Notes under the pieces: generated by a model
What the model was told of the DNA's origin: nothing
Seen by the model: only the letters and a program-made list of their open reading frames with translations
The model's database searches: none
Assembly: GCA_963806225.1 (NCBI GenBank)
Contig: CAWDXG010000001.1
Location: 1,440,001-1,504,000, forward strand
Direction of reading: 5' to 3'
Length of the DNA stretch: 64,000 nucleotides
Source: an uncultured delta proteobacterium
GTDB lineage: Bacteria > Myxococcota_A > Polyangia > Polyangiales > Polyangiaceae
Translations under genes and position numbers: made by a program
In this document: piece after piece, positions 51,297 to 61,555 of the stretch
Layout: each line of letters starts with the position of its first letter
How positions within the stretch are numbered: the first letter of the stretch is position 1

Positions 51297-52523
51297 ATGT
51301 CTCTTCCCACCGAGCCGGCGGGCTCCACCGGTTACTACGGCGCATTCGGCGGCCGCTTCGTCGCCGAGACGCTGGTGCCGGCGCTCGCCGAGCTCGAGCG
51401 CGCCTATCACGAGCACGTACTCGGCGAGGCCTTCCAGAAGGAGTGGCACGAGCTGCTCGAGCACTACGTCGGTCGGCCCACGCCGCTCTACCGCGCGCGC
51501 CGGCTGGAGCGCGCGCTCGACCCTGACGGCGCGCTCTTCGCCGAGCTGTGGCTGAAGCGCGAGGACCTCTGCCATACCGGTGCGCACAAGATCAACAACG
51601 CGCTCGGACAGGTGCTGCTCGCGGCAAAGCTCGGCAAGAAGCGCATCATCGCCGAGACCGGAGCGGGGCAGCACGGCGTGGCGACGGCGACGGCCGCCGC
51701 GGTGATGGGGCTGCCCTGCGAAGTGTACATGGGCGAGGTGGACGTGGCCCGCCAGGCGCCGAACGTATCGCGCATGGAGCTGCTCGGCGCGCGCGTCATT
51801 CCCGTGAGCTCGGGCTCGCGCACGCTCAAGGACGCGATGAACGAGGCGCTGCGCGACTGGGTCACGAACGTCGAGCACACCCACTACTGCGTCGGCTCCG
51901 CCGCGGGCCCGCACCCGTACCCGATGCTGGTCTCGGAGTTGCAGCGCGTGATCGGCGACGAGGCGCGGCGGCAGTTCGAAGCGCAGTCGGGCGCGTTGCC
52001 GGACGCCGCCGTGGCGTGCATCGGCGGCGGCTCGAACGCGATCGGTCTGTTCCGCGCCTTCATTCCGGACCACGAGGTCGCGCTCTACGGGGTGGAAGCG
52101 GCGGGCGAAGGCGTCGACACCGGGCGCCATGCCGCTACCCTCACGGCGGGGCGCATCGGCGTGCTGCACGGCGCGCGCACCCGCGTGCTCGCCGACGACG
52201 ACGGCCAGATCCTCGAAGCGCACTCCATCAGCGCCGGCCTCGACTATCCCGGCGTGGGTCCCGAGCACGCCGCGCTAGCGCAGTCCGGACGCGCGGTGTA
52301 CCTCACTGCCACCGACGCGGAGGCGCTCGCTGCTGCGGAGCTGGCCGCCCGGCGCGAGGGCATCATCGTGGCGCTGGAGACGGCGCACGCCTTCGCGCGC
52401 CTCGCGGATATCGCGCGCAGGGAGCGCGAGAGGTTGGGCCGCCCCGCGCGCCTCGTGCTGGGCCTGTCGGGGCGCGGCGACAAGGACCTCGCGACGCTCG
52501 TCCAGCGCCGGAAGTCGCCATGA
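51297..52523 (+). CDS. trpB: Tryptophan synthase beta chain
   Basis: [66 protein letters not shown]. Confidence 0.97.
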   Translation: MSLPTEPAGSTGYYGAFGGRFVAETLVPALAELERAYHEHVLGEAFQKEWHELLEHYVGRPTPLYRARRLERALDPDGALFAELWLKREDLCHTGAHKINNALGQVLLAAKLGKKRIIAETGAGQHGVATATAAAVMGLPCEVYMGEVDVARQAPNVSRMELLGARVIPVSSGSRTLKDAMNEALRDWVTNVEHTHYCVGSAAGPHPYPMLVSELQRVIGDEARRQFEAQSGALPDAAVACIGGGSNAIGLFRAFIPDHEVALYGVEAAGEGVDTGRHAATLTAGRIGVLHGARTRVLADDDGQILEAHSISAGLDYPGVGPEHAALAQSGRAVYLTATDAEALAAAELAARREGIIVALETAHAFARLADIARRERERLGRPARLVLGLSGRGDKDLATLVQRRKSP

Positions 52524-53323
52524 CGACCGAGCGCATCGACCGCTGCTTTACCCGGCTTCGAGAGCAGAAGCGGACCGCGCTCGTGGTCTATCTCACCATC
52601 GGCGATCCCTCGGTGGACGTGTCCATCGCGTGCGCCCTCGCGGCGCTCGAAGCCGGCGCCGACATCCTCGAGCTCGGCGTGCCCTTCAGCGATCCGACGG
52701 CGGACGGGCCTGTCATCGCCGCGGCCGCGCACCGCGCGATAGGGCAGGGTGGGTCGCTGCGCGCCGCCCTGCGCGTCGCCGCCGCCGTGCGCGGCAAGAG
52801 CGACGCGCCGCTGGTCCTGTTCAGCTACGTCAATCCCATCGTTGTTTTCGGCGAAGCGGAGCTGCCGCGCGCGGCCGTGGAGGCGGGGGCCGACGGTCTG
52901 CTCGTCGTCGATCTGCCGCCGGAAGAGGGACGCGAGCTGCGGGACGCGGCCGACACCGCTGGGCTCTCCATCATCCCGCTGGTTGCACCGACCACCGATC
53001 GCCATCGCGAGCCACGGGTGCTGTCGCGCGCCTCGGGCTTCGTCTACGCGGTGTCGCTCACCGGCATCACCGGATCGAAGCAGGCGCCGCTGGCGGAGGC
53101 AGGCCGGCGTGCCGCCGCGCTCCGCGAGCGCGCGGGCCTGCCCGTCGTGGTGGGTTTCGGCATCGACACGGCCGAAAAGGCGCGGAGCGTTGCCGCCGCA
53201 GGCGTCGACGGCGTGGTGGTCGGCACCGCGGTCGTCAAGGCCATTGCCGCTGCGAGCGATCCGTCCGGCGCCGTCCGCGATCTCGTAGGCGAGCTCCGCC
53301 GCGGCCTGGACGGCGCGCGCTAG
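52520..53323 (+). CDS. trpA: Tryptophan synthase alpha chain
   Basis: [42 protein letters not shown]-coupled to trpB. Confidence 0.95.
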   Translation: MTTERIDRCFTRLREQKRTALVVYLTIGDPSVDVSIACALAALEAGADILELGVPFSDPTADGPVIAAAAHRAIGQGGSLRAALRVAAAVRGKSDAPLVLFSYVNPIVVFGEAELPRAAVEAGADGLLVVDLPPEEGRELRDAADTAGLSIIPLVAPTTDRHREPRVLSRASGFVYAVSLTGITGSKQAPLAEAGRRAAALRERAGLPVVVGFGIDTAEKARSVAAAGVDGVVVGTAVVKAIAAASDPSGAVRDLVGELRRGLDGAR

Positions 53324-53973
53324 CTCGCCTCGTCGGGCTCTTCGAGCGGCACGGCGAACTGGTTCACGCTGATTCCGAGCGGCGTGGTCTCGACGATGGT
53401 CGCGTGCGCAAAGTCGCCCCCCGGCGCCTCGCCCACCGAGCCCACGTTGACGATGCGTACCTCGTCGAGCTGGCGGTCGAAGGCCACGTGACTGCCCCCG
53501 CATATGATCAGGTCGCCGGGCTCGTCTCCCAGCAGGGCGAGCATGTCCTCGTCCTCCATGTCGAACGTGAACGGCTCGGTCGGGTCGCCCGGCGAGCCGT
53601 GCACGACCACCATCGTGTCGCCGGACTCGACCGGCAGGCTCGCCAGCGGCGGCAACTTGCCCAGGCGCGCGACGATGATCTCGCCCAGCTCGTTGTGCAC
53701 CTGCCGGAGCCGCTCGATACGCTCGCGCTCCACCTCGGAGGTGGCGCTCAGCTTGTTCGGGTCCACGCGGGCCAGCGCCTTGTCGCCGAGCCCCTGTACG
53801 CACAGCGCCCGGTGCCCGACCAGCGTCTTCCACACGGCGAGCGGCTCCGGGCCCGGGAAACACAGATCCCCGCACACCACGAGCTGATCCCAGCCGCGTA
53901 GATCGGCGGTGGCGAGCACGGCATCGAGCGCGCGGGCGTGCCCGTGGATATCCGAGATACACAGAAATCGCAT
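53320..53973 (-). CDS. Metallophosphoesterase family protein with degenerate motifs
   Basis: ISDIHG, GDL, HGSP and NVGSVG are present; GNHD is replaced by GLGD and GHTH by GGSH. Confidence 0.85.
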   Translation of the reverse strand: MRFLCISDIHGHARALDAVLATADLRGWDQLVVCGDLCFPGPEPLAVWKTLVGHRALCVQGLGDKALARVDPNKLSATSEVERERIERLRQVHNELGEIIVARLGKLPPLASLPVESGDTMVVVHGSPGDPTEPFTFDMEDEDMLALLGDEPGDLIICGGSHVAFDRQLDEVRIVNVGSVGEAPGGDFAHATIVETTPLGISVNQFAVPLEEPDEAS

Positions 53974-54023
53974 CCCCCCGGAGTCCTACCTCGAAACCCC
54001 CTGGAGCGGTATACCGGACGCAG

Positions 54024-56936
54024 ATGGTTGGCGATATCGACCCGCTCGCCGCCGGGGAGCTCCGCGACCAGGCGCGGCACATCGATTCCGGGCGCGCCGA
54101 GGTGCTGGAGCGGGAGCTGCCCGATCGTCCGGGTCGGGAGCTGTCGGTGCTGCTGGGGACCGCCTTTCCGCCGCTCGCCCCGGCGCTCGACTGGCAGCAT
54201 GCGGCCGTCGAGCGGATCGCCCAGGAAGGCTGGCGCGTGGAACGCCAGCGAGGGGACCTGCTTTCGCGGCTGCTGGCGCGGGTGGGCGATCTGTCCGACG
54301 AATCGAGCGTCGGGATGAACCTGCGCCGCGCGGTCCACGAGGAGAAGCTGCGCATCGCGCTGCGCGAGCTTCTGCCGCGCAACCAGGGGGGCGCCAGCGT
54401 GGACGTGACCGCCCACGAGCTCGGCGACCTGGCCGACGCGGCCTTGGAGGTCGCGCTGGCAGAAGCCGACCGGGCGATCGCCGAACGCTTCGGCCCACCC
54501 CTGAAGAGCGACGGGCAGCGCTCCGGGATTGTCGTTCTTGGCATGGGAAAGCTCGGGGGCCTCGAGCTCAATGCCGGCTCCGACGTGGACGTGATCTTCA
54601 TCTACGACACGGACGACGGCGGGAGCGAGCTGCCGCTGCATGACCACTGGAGCCGGGTCGTGCGGCGCACGGTTGCCACGCTCGACACGCCGACCGCGGA
54701 CGGGATGGTGTGGCGCGTCGATCTCAGGCTGCGCCCAGAAGGCTCGCAGGGCGCCATCGTCAACTCCGTAGCCGCGGCCGAGCGCTACTACGAGACCTGG
54801 GGACGGCTGTGGGAGCGGGCGGCGATGCTGCGCGCGCGGCCGAGTGCCGGCAGCCAGGAGCTCGGCGCGCAGCTCGAGCGCGAGGTCATCCTGCCCTTTG
54901 TCTACCGACACGGGGTCGATCCAACGATCGCCACCGCGCTGGCGGAGCTGGTGCAGCGTTCCCGCGCCGAGCTCAGCAGCGCGCCCGACCGCGATCTGAA
55001 GCTCGGTCCGGGCGGCATCCGCGAAGCCGAGTTCTTCATCCAGTCGTTGCAGCTCATCTGGGGCGGGCGCGAGCCGAGCCTGCGCGTGACTGGATCACTT
55101 GCGGCTCTCGAACGGCTGCAGAGTCGCGGCCTGGTCACCGATCGCGAAGCGCGTTCCATCGCCGAGGCGTATCTGCTCCTGCGCCGGGTGGAGCACCGGG
55201 TGCAGTGGATGAGCGGCATCCAGACCCACCTCGTGCCCGCGGATCCGGACGAGCTCGGACGCCTGGCGCGCAGCCTCGGCTTCGAACACGCCGCCGGGCT
55301 CGAAGCCGGGCTCGCGCGCGCTCGCGAAGCGGTGCACGAGCTGTTCGCGGCCCTGGCGCCCGCCGCGCCCCGTCCGCTGCCGCGTTACCATGCGCTGATC
55401 GCGCAGATCGAGCGCGAAGACGCCGAGCTGGCTGGCACCTCGGAGCGGCTGTTCGGCAGCCCGGAGGTTGGCGAGCACCTCGCCGCGCTCACTCGCCGCC
55501 CGGACGGACTCCTGGGCGAGCTCACCCGCGAGCGCTACCCCGATCTTGCCGATCAGTTGGTAGATGCGCTGGTCGAATCGCCCGATCCCGAACAAGCCGC
55601 GCGCTATCTGCGCTCCTTCTTCCAGCGCTTCGTCTCGCCCGCCTCCTACATCGCCGCGCTGGCCGGCGATCCGCGGGCACTGCATCGCCTGGCCACCGTG
55701 CTCGGGGCCAGCGCCTTCGTCGGCGAGGCCGTGGTCGGTCGACCCGATCTGGTCGACATCATCCTGTTCGGAGGCGGGCTGCCCGGTGACGCTCACGCCG
55801 CCGTGTCCACGGAGCTGGAGACCTGGAACCGGAGCGGCGCCGAGGAGTTCGACCGGCGCGATGCCTTCGTGGGCGCGCTGCGTCGCGCCAAGCGTCGGGT
55901 CATGGTGGAAGTCGCAGTCGCCGATCTAGCCGGCACCATAGAGACGCGCGACGCCACCCGCATTCTCTCCGAGCTCGCGGACGACATCGTCGAGCGCAGC
56001 GTGGAATACGAGCTCGCGGGCGACGTCGCGGGCCTGTCCGTCATCGCGGTCGGCAAACTCGGGGGCCGCGAGATCGGCTACGGCTCGGACCTGGACGTGC
56101 TCTTCATCTACGACCCCGCTGCCGCCCCCGCTGATCGGGATCCCGCCGAGCACTTCGTCCGGCATGCCCAGCGCATCATCCGCCTGGTCTCCGAACCGCA
56201 CCCGTCAGGACCGGGCTACGAGCTCGACACGCGACTACGCCCCTCCGGCGCGCAGGGGCTGCTCGTCACGTCGCTCGCGTCCTTCGCGCGCTACCACGGC
56301 GTGCCGCTCGAGGGCGACAGCGCAGGTGCCGCACCGTCCGTGCTGTCTTCCGGAGCCGCGTGGGAGCGACAGGCGCTGCTGCGAGCGCGCGCCGCGGCCG
56401 GCGATCGGGCTCTCGGCGCACGCGTGATCGAGGTCGCGCATGTTGCCGCCTACGAGCGAGGCGCGCCGCCCGCCGAGGAGATACACCGGCTGCGCCTGCG
56501 CATGGAACGCGAGCTCGCCCGTGAACGCCCCGGCCGCTACGACCTCAAGACGGGCCACGGCGGATTGCTCGACATCGAGTTTTCGACGCAGTGGCTGCAG
56601 ATGCGCTACGGCGCCGACCGCCGCGTGCGCACCACCGACACGCTCGAAGCGCTCGAAGCGCTCGGCACGCTCGGCTATCTGTTGCGGCAGCACTACGAGA
56701 CGCTGCGCGATGGCTACACTTTCCTGCGGCGTCTGGAACAGCGCATCCACGTGCTCCACAGCACCGGCGCGCCCGTCATCGATGAACGGGCGCCCGGGCT
56801 GTCGCAGCTTGCACGCCGCATGGGCCTGACGAGCACCGCTCGCGAGAGTGCGCGGCAAGCGCTGATCACCCGCTACCGCGACGTCACGCACGCCATCCGC
56901 GCCGCCTATCTCGGTGTGCTCGGCGTGGAGTCGTAG
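54024..56936 (+). CDS. glnE: Bifunctional glutamine synthetase adenylyltransferase / adenylyl-removing enzyme
   Basis: Two nucleotidyltransferase motifs (GKLGGLELNAGSDVD and GKLGGREIGYGSDLD), each followed by RLRP.G and WER; KLGPGGIRE and DLKTGHGGLLDIEF. Confidence 0.93.
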   Translation: MVGDIDPLAAGELRDQARHIDSGRAEVLERELPDRPGRELSVLLGTAFPPLAPALDWQHAAVERIAQEGWRVERQRGDLLSRLLARVGDLSDESSVGMNLRRAVHEEKLRIALRELLPRNQGGASVDVTAHELGDLADAALEVALAEADRAIAERFGPPLKSDGQRSGIVVLGMGKLGGLELNAGSDVDVIFIYDTDDGGSELPLHDHWSRVVRRTVATLDTPTADGMVWRVDLRLRPEGSQGAIVNSVAAAERYYETWGRLWERAAMLRARPSAGSQELGAQLEREVILPFVYRHGVDPTIATALAELVQRSRAELSSAPDRDLKLGPGGIREAEFFIQSLQLIWGGREPSLRVTGSLAALERLQSRGLVTDREARSIAEAYLLLRRVEHRVQWMSGIQTHLVPADPDELGRLARSLGFEHAAGLEAGLARAREAVHELFAALAPAAPRPLPRYHALIAQIEREDAELAGTSERLFGSPEVGEHLAALTRRPDGLLGELTRERYPDLADQLVDALVESPDPEQAARYLRSFFQRFVSPASYIAALAGDPRALHRLATVLGASAFVGEAVVGRPDLVDIILFGGGLPGDAHAAVSTELETWNRSGAEEFDRRDAFVGALRRAKRRVMVEVAVADLAGTIETRDATRILSELADDIVERSVEYELAGDVAGLSVIAVGKLGGREIGYGSDLDVLFIYDPAAAPADRDPAEHFVRHAQRIIRLVSEPHPSGPGYELDTRLRPSGAQGLLVTSLASFARYHGVPLEGDSAGAAPSVLSSGAAWERQALLRARAAAGDRALGARVIEVAHVAAYERGAPPAEEIHRLRLRMERELARERPGRYDLKTGHGGLLDIEFSTQWLQMRYGADRRVRTTDTLEALEALGTLGYLLRQHYETLRDGYTFLRRLEQRIHVLHSTGAPVIDERAPGLSQLARRMGLTSTARESARQALITRYRDVTHAIRAAYLGVLGVES

Positions 56937-56999
56937 CGGGGCGCGCGGGAGCGCCGTCGCGGAGCCGGGCGGCGGATCGGGCGCTGTCTCCGACGCGTG

Positions 57000-57968
57000 C
57001 TAGCCGCGGAGCAGCCGCGCGGCGTCGATGGCGCCGTAGGTGAAGATGATATCGGCGCCGGCGCGGCGCAGGCAGGTGAGGCTCTCGAGCAGGCAGCGGT
57101 CGTAGTCGATCCAGCCCTTCTCGGCCGCGGCGCGCAGCATCGCGTACTCGCCGCTGACGTGATAGGTCGCGACGGGCAGCTTGCTGTGGTCGCGCACGAA
57201 GCGCAGCACGTCGGCGTAGGGGAGGCCGGGCTTGACCATCAGCCAGTCGGCGCCCTCGTCCTCGTCGAGCGCGATCTCGCGCAGGCACTCTCGCACGTTG
57301 CCGGGGTCCATCTGGTACGTCTTCTTGTCGCCGGCCTTGGGTGCGGAGTCGAGCGCGTCGCGGAACGGGCCGTAGAACGCCGAGGCGTACTTCACCGAGT
57401 AGCTGCAGATGCCGACGTCGGTGTGGCCGGCTTCGTCGAGCGCCCGGCGGATGGCGCGCACGCGGCCGTCCATCATGTCCGACGGCGCGACAACGTCCGC
57501 GCCCGCGGCGGCTTGCGCGACGGCCATGGCGGCGAGGATCGGCAGGGTCACGTCGTTGTCGATGCGCCCGTCGATGACCACGCCGTCGTGGCCGTCGGAA
57601 GAATACGGATCGAGCGCCACGTCGGTGATTACGACGAGCTCCGGCAGCGCCTTCTTCAGCGCACGCACAGCGCGCTGCAGAAGGCCCTCGGGGTTCGTGC
57701 TCTCCTTGCCGTGCGGATCCTTGAATTTTTCGTCGAGCGCGGGGAAGAGCGCCACACCGGCGACGCCGAGCTCGTAGGCCTCCCGCGCCTTGTCGACGAG
57801 GCCATCGATACCGAGGCGGGCGTGGCCGGGCATCGAGGCGATCGGCTTCGGCTGCGCCGATTCGTGCACGAACATCGGCAGCACCAGATGCGCGGCAGAG
57901 AGCGAGGTTTCGCGCACGAGCCCCCGGACTCCGGGGCCGACACGGTTTCTTCGGGGGCGTTGATCCAT
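57000..57968 (-). CDS. hemB: Porphobilinogen synthase (Asp-rich, non-Zn type)
   Basis: RPRRNR, DVALDPYSSDGHDG, APSDMMDGRV, SAFYGPFRDA, MVKP, YHVSGEYAM. Confidence 0.97.
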   Translation of the reverse strand: MDQRPRRNRVGPGVRGLVRETSLSAAHLVLPMFVHESAQPKPIASMPGHARLGIDGLVDKAREAYELGVAGVALFPALDEKFKDPHGKESTNPEGLLQRAVRALKKALPELVVITDVALDPYSSDGHDGVVIDGRIDNDVTLPILAAMAVAQAAAGADVVAPSDMMDGRVRAIRRALDEAGHTDVGICSYSVKYASAFYGPFRDALDSAPKAGDKKTYQMDPGNVRECLREIALDEDEGADWLMVKPGLPYADVLRFVRDHSKLPVATYHVSGEYAMLRAAAEKGWIDYDRCLLESLTCLRRAGADIIFTYGAIDAARLLRG

Positions 57969-58107
57969 GTCAGGAACCTAGATCAGCGCGGGCGGCACGC
58001 AAAGGGACCGAGCGCTGCCGGCTGAGGGGCGTCAGCCATCGTTCCGGCCGCGGTCGCGACCAGGTGCGGGACAAGACATCCGGAACATGGACGGCTATAT
58101 TCCCCGC

Positions 58108-58764
58108 GTGGGCATCCTGTATCTGGCCGCGCTGATCCTCGGCGGCGGGACGATCCTCGTGCAGCTGTTCATGGGGCACGACGCGGACGCGGGCGCGGAC
58201 GCGGATCTCGCGGCCGACGCGGACTTCGACGCCGACGCCGACGCGGACTTCGACGCCGACGCGGACATGGACCTGGCGGGCGGCCCCCACCTGGACGCCG
58301 TCCACGAAGCGGACGCCGACAGCGCCGGGTTCGCGGCGATCTTCCTGTCGTTGCGTTTCTACACGTTCGCGCTGCTCGCGTTCGGCATGGTCGGCACGCT
58401 GCTCTTCTACCTGCATCTGTCCTCGCCCGTGGTCACGCTGGTGGCTGCGCTGGCCATGGGGCTCGGCTCCGGCTTCATGGCATCGTGGGTGTTCCAGTCG
58501 CTCAAGCGTTCGGCGGTCAGCTCTGCCGCGCAGGAGGACGACGCGGTGGGGCAGGTGGGCAAGGTGCTCGTGCCCTGCGAACGCGGCGGCCATGCCAAGG
58601 TGCGGGTGGAGCTGCGCGGCCAGAGCATCGATTTCCTCGCCACCACCGACGACGAGGCATTGACCGACGGCGAGCTGGTGCTGGTGGAGCAGGTGGAAGG
58701 CGGGACGCTGCACGTCTCCAAGGCGCCGCCGGACTTCCTGTCCGGGCGGGGCGACAAGGGCTGA
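58108..58764 (+). CDS. NfeD/YuaF-like membrane protein with Asp-Ala repeat loop
   Basis: Three TM helices, (DA)n loop, C-terminal OB fold (VGQVGKV...VRVELRGQ...GELVLV); precedes two flotillin genes. GTG 6 nt after TATATT. Confidence 0.85.
   Translation: MGILYLAALILGGGTILVQLFMGHDADAGADADLAADADFDADADADFDADADMDLAGGPHLDAVHEADADSAGFAAIFLSLRFYTFALLAFGMVGTLLFYLHLSSPVVTLVAALAMGLGSGFMASWVFQSLKRSAVSSAAQEDDAVGQVGKVLVPCERGGHAKVRVELRGQSIDFLATTDDEALTDGELVLVEQVEGGTLHVSKAPPDFLSGRGDKG
58180..58275. repeat. Coding Asp-Ala repeat including a 24-bp tandem duplication (gccgacgcggacttcgacgccgac x2)
   Basis: Read directly: DADAGADADLAADADFDADADADFDADADMD. Confidence 0.85.
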
Positions 58765-58854
58765 ACTCCCGCGATTCCCGCGTATTGCCGCTTGATCGCG
58801 GACAACGCGATTCTTCGTACCCTGTCGTGGGCCCGTTGCCCTATCCTCGCCGCC

Positions 58855-60168
58855 ATGCCGCAAGGGGTGCCGACGGAGTTCGGCTTTGGCGTCGACATGC
58901 AGACTGCCGTCCTGATCCTGGTCGGGGCGGTGGCGCTAGTTGTCCTGCTAGCGCTGCTGGTCTTTTTCATCTCCCGCTTCCTGGTCATCTGCAAGCCGAA
59001 CGAGGTCATCGTGCTCAGCGGTCGCAAGCACCGGCTGAGCGACGGGTCCACGGTGGGCTACAAGGTGTTGCACGGGGGGCGCGGGTTCCGCATTCCGCTG
59101 CTCGAGGAAATCAACCGCATGGACATGCGGCTGCTCCCCGTGCAGGTGCAGGTGCAGAACGCCTACTCGAAGGGCGGCATCCCGCTCGGGGTGCACGCCA
59201 TCGCGAACATCAAGGTCACGAGCAACGACATGTACATCAGGAACGCCATCGAGCGTTCGCTGTCGATGACGCCGCGGCAGATCGGCGCGGTCGCACAGCA
59301 GACGCTGGAAGGCGTGCTGCGCGAGGTGCTCGCCGAGCTGACGCCTGAAGAGGTCAACGAGGACCGGTTGAAGTTCGCGGACACCCTCGTGCGCTTCGCC
59401 AAGGACGACTTCGACAAGCTCGGCCTGGAGCTGGACGTGCTCAAGGTACAGAGCGTGGCCGACGACCAGGGCTATCTGAACAACCTCGGGCGCGCGCGCA
59501 TCGCGCGCATGATCCGCGACGCGCAGAACGCCGAGAACGCCGGCAACCAGGCCATCGCCGAGGCGCAGGCCGAGCAACGGCAGCGCGCCGAGTCGGCGCA
59601 GAAGCAGGCCGAGGCGCAGGTGCTCACCAAGCGCAACGAGCTGCGCGCCGAGCTGGCCAAGCTCGAAGCGCAGGCCAAGGGCATCGAGAACGAAGCGGAA
59701 GTGGCGGCCGAGACGGCGCGCGCCGAGGCCGAACAGGAGCTGCAGGCGATGCGTGCGGAACTGGAGAAGCTCAGACTGCAGTGCGACGTGTTCCTGCCGG
59801 CGGAAGCCGCTCGCCTGGCGGCCGAGGCCCAGGCCCGCGCCGAAGCAGCGCCGGTGATGGAAAGCGGCAAGGCCAGCGCCGCGGCGCTCACCGCCGTGGC
59901 GCAGGAGTGGCAGGCGGCGGGGCGCGAGGGCCGCGATCTGTACGTCCTGCAGCACCTCAAGGAATTCGTGGAGGCCTCGGTGGCCCGCGTATCGCGGACC
60001 AAGATCGAAGAGCTAGCGGTCGTCGATGGCGGCGACGGCGCGAGCTACACGGGCGCGGTGGCCAGCTTCCCCTCGGCCGTCGCGGAGGTGCTCAAGGCGA
60101 CAGGCAAGGCGATCGGAATCGACATGGCCGAGTTGCTCCGGACCGACCCGAAGGGAGTGGGCCGATGA
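58855..60168 (+). CDS. Flotillin/SPFH family protein 1
   Basis: N-terminal TM, PNEVIVLSG, AYSKGGIPL, TLEGVLR...LTPEEVNEDR, AE-rich coiled coil. Confidence 0.92.
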   Translation: MPQGVPTEFGFGVDMQTAVLILVGAVALVVLLALLVFFISRFLVICKPNEVIVLSGRKHRLSDGSTVGYKVLHGGRGFRIPLLEEINRMDMRLLPVQVQVQNAYSKGGIPLGVHAIANIKVTSNDMYIRNAIERSLSMTPRQIGAVAQQTLEGVLREVLAELTPEEVNEDRLKFADTLVRFAKDDFDKLGLELDVLKVQSVADDQGYLNNLGRARIARMIRDAQNAENAGNQAIAEAQAEQRQRAESAQKQAEAQVLTKRNELRAELAKLEAQAKGIENEAEVAAETARAEAEQELQAMRAELEKLRLQCDVFLPAEAARLAAEAQARAEAAPVMESGKASAAALTAVAQEWQAAGREGRDLYVLQHLKEFVEASVARVSRTKIEELAVVDGGDGASYTGAVASFPSAVAEVLKATGKAIGIDMAELLRTDPKGVGR

Positions 60169-61397
60169 ACGTCATCGCTGTCCTGGCACTCACCGCGCTC
60201 GTCGTGGCCGTGGCGCTGGTGTTTACGATCAAGAAGCTGTTGTTCGTCTCGACGCCGAACGAGGCGCTTATCTTCAGCGGCTCGACGCGGCGGCTCGGCG
60301 AAAGGTCGGTCGGCTATCGTTTCGTGCGCGGCGGCCGTTCGATGCGCCGTCCCCTCATCGAGCGCGTGGACACGATGGACCTCAGCATGTTCACGGTCGA
60401 GGTCCACGTGACGGGCGCGTTCTCCAAGGGCGGCATTCCGCTGACCATCCAGGGCGTGGCCAACGTGAAGCTGCCGGGCGAGGAGCCGCTCATGACGAAT
60501 GCGGTGGAGCGCTTTCTCGGCCGCACGCGCGAGGAGATCTACTTCATCGCCAAGGAGACGCTCGAGGGCAACCTGCGCGGCGTGCTGGCGAGCCTCACGC
60601 CTGAAGAGGTGAACGAGGACAAGATGCGCTTCGCGCACACCCTGCTGGAAGAAGCCGAGCACGACATGAGCCGCATGGGGCTCGTGCTCGACACGCTCAA
60701 GATCCAGAACGTCACCGACGAGGTGAACTACCTCTCCAGTATCGGTCGCATCCGCGGCGCCAAGCTCAACATGGAGTCCGCCGTTGCCGAGGCGGGGGCG
60801 CGTGCCGATGCCTCGGTGCAGCAGGCCAGCAACTGGGCCGCCAGCGAGGTGGCAAAGACCGCCGCGGATCTGAAAATCGCCCAGCAGGAGACCGCCAAGC
60901 GCATTGCGGACGCCCAGAGCCGCCGCGAGGCGATGATCCAGGAGGCGCGAGGGCAGGTCTCGGCGCAGGTCGCCCAGGTCAAAGCGGAGATCGATCGCCA
61001 GAAGGCCCGCGCGCCCCAGGAGAAGAACCGTCTCGACGCCGACGTGGTGCAGCCGGCGCTCGCCAAACAACGCGCGGCGGAGGAAAAGGCGCGCGGCGAT
61101 GCGGCGTCCACGGTCGAGCGCGGCAAGGCCGAGGCAGCGAGCTTGAAGAAGCTGATCGAGGCGTTCAAGGTCGGCGGCACGGGCTCCCGCGACGTGCTGG
61201 CGCTGCAGAACCTGCTGCCGCTGCTTACGTACATTTCCGGAGCCAACCAGCAGCTCAAGATCGGCAAGCTCAGCGTGCTCCCGTCCCACGACACCGCCGG
61301 GTCGGAAGCGGCGCGCAAGGCGATCGGGGCGGCGGAACAGATCCGCGCGGCCACCGGGGTCGATCTGGGCGGCATCGCGCGCAAGCTCGGCGGCTAG
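60165..61397 (+). CDS. Flotillin/SPFH family protein 2
   Basis: PNEALIFSG, AFSKGGIPL, TLEGNLRGVLASLTPEEVNEDK; ATGA-coupled to flotillin 1. Confidence 0.92.
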   Translation: MNVIAVLALTALVVAVALVFTIKKLLFVSTPNEALIFSGSTRRLGERSVGYRFVRGGRSMRRPLIERVDTMDLSMFTVEVHVTGAFSKGGIPLTIQGVANVKLPGEEPLMTNAVERFLGRTREEIYFIAKETLEGNLRGVLASLTPEEVNEDKMRFAHTLLEEAEHDMSRMGLVLDTLKIQNVTDEVNYLSSIGRIRGAKLNMESAVAEAGARADASVQQASNWAASEVAKTAADLKIAQQETAKRIADAQSRREAMIQEARGQVSAQVAQVKAEIDRQKARAPQEKNRLDADVVQPALAKQRAAEEKARGDAASTVERGKAEAASLKKLIEAFKVGGTGSRDVLALQNLLPLLTYISGANQQLKIGKLSVLPSHDTAGSEAARKAIGAAEQIRAATGVDLGGIARKLGG

Positions 61398-61555
61398 CGT
61401 CCCCGGGCGCGGGCCCAGGCCGGTGCTACGCTATCCGCCTACGGGCACAGGCACGATGACGGAGGCTTCCGACACGGTTCCGTGAATACTTCGAGCGCCG
61501 TCGTTGTTCTCTTCGAGGTGCACCCGAGCGCCGACACAGGGGCAGGGGCTATCGA

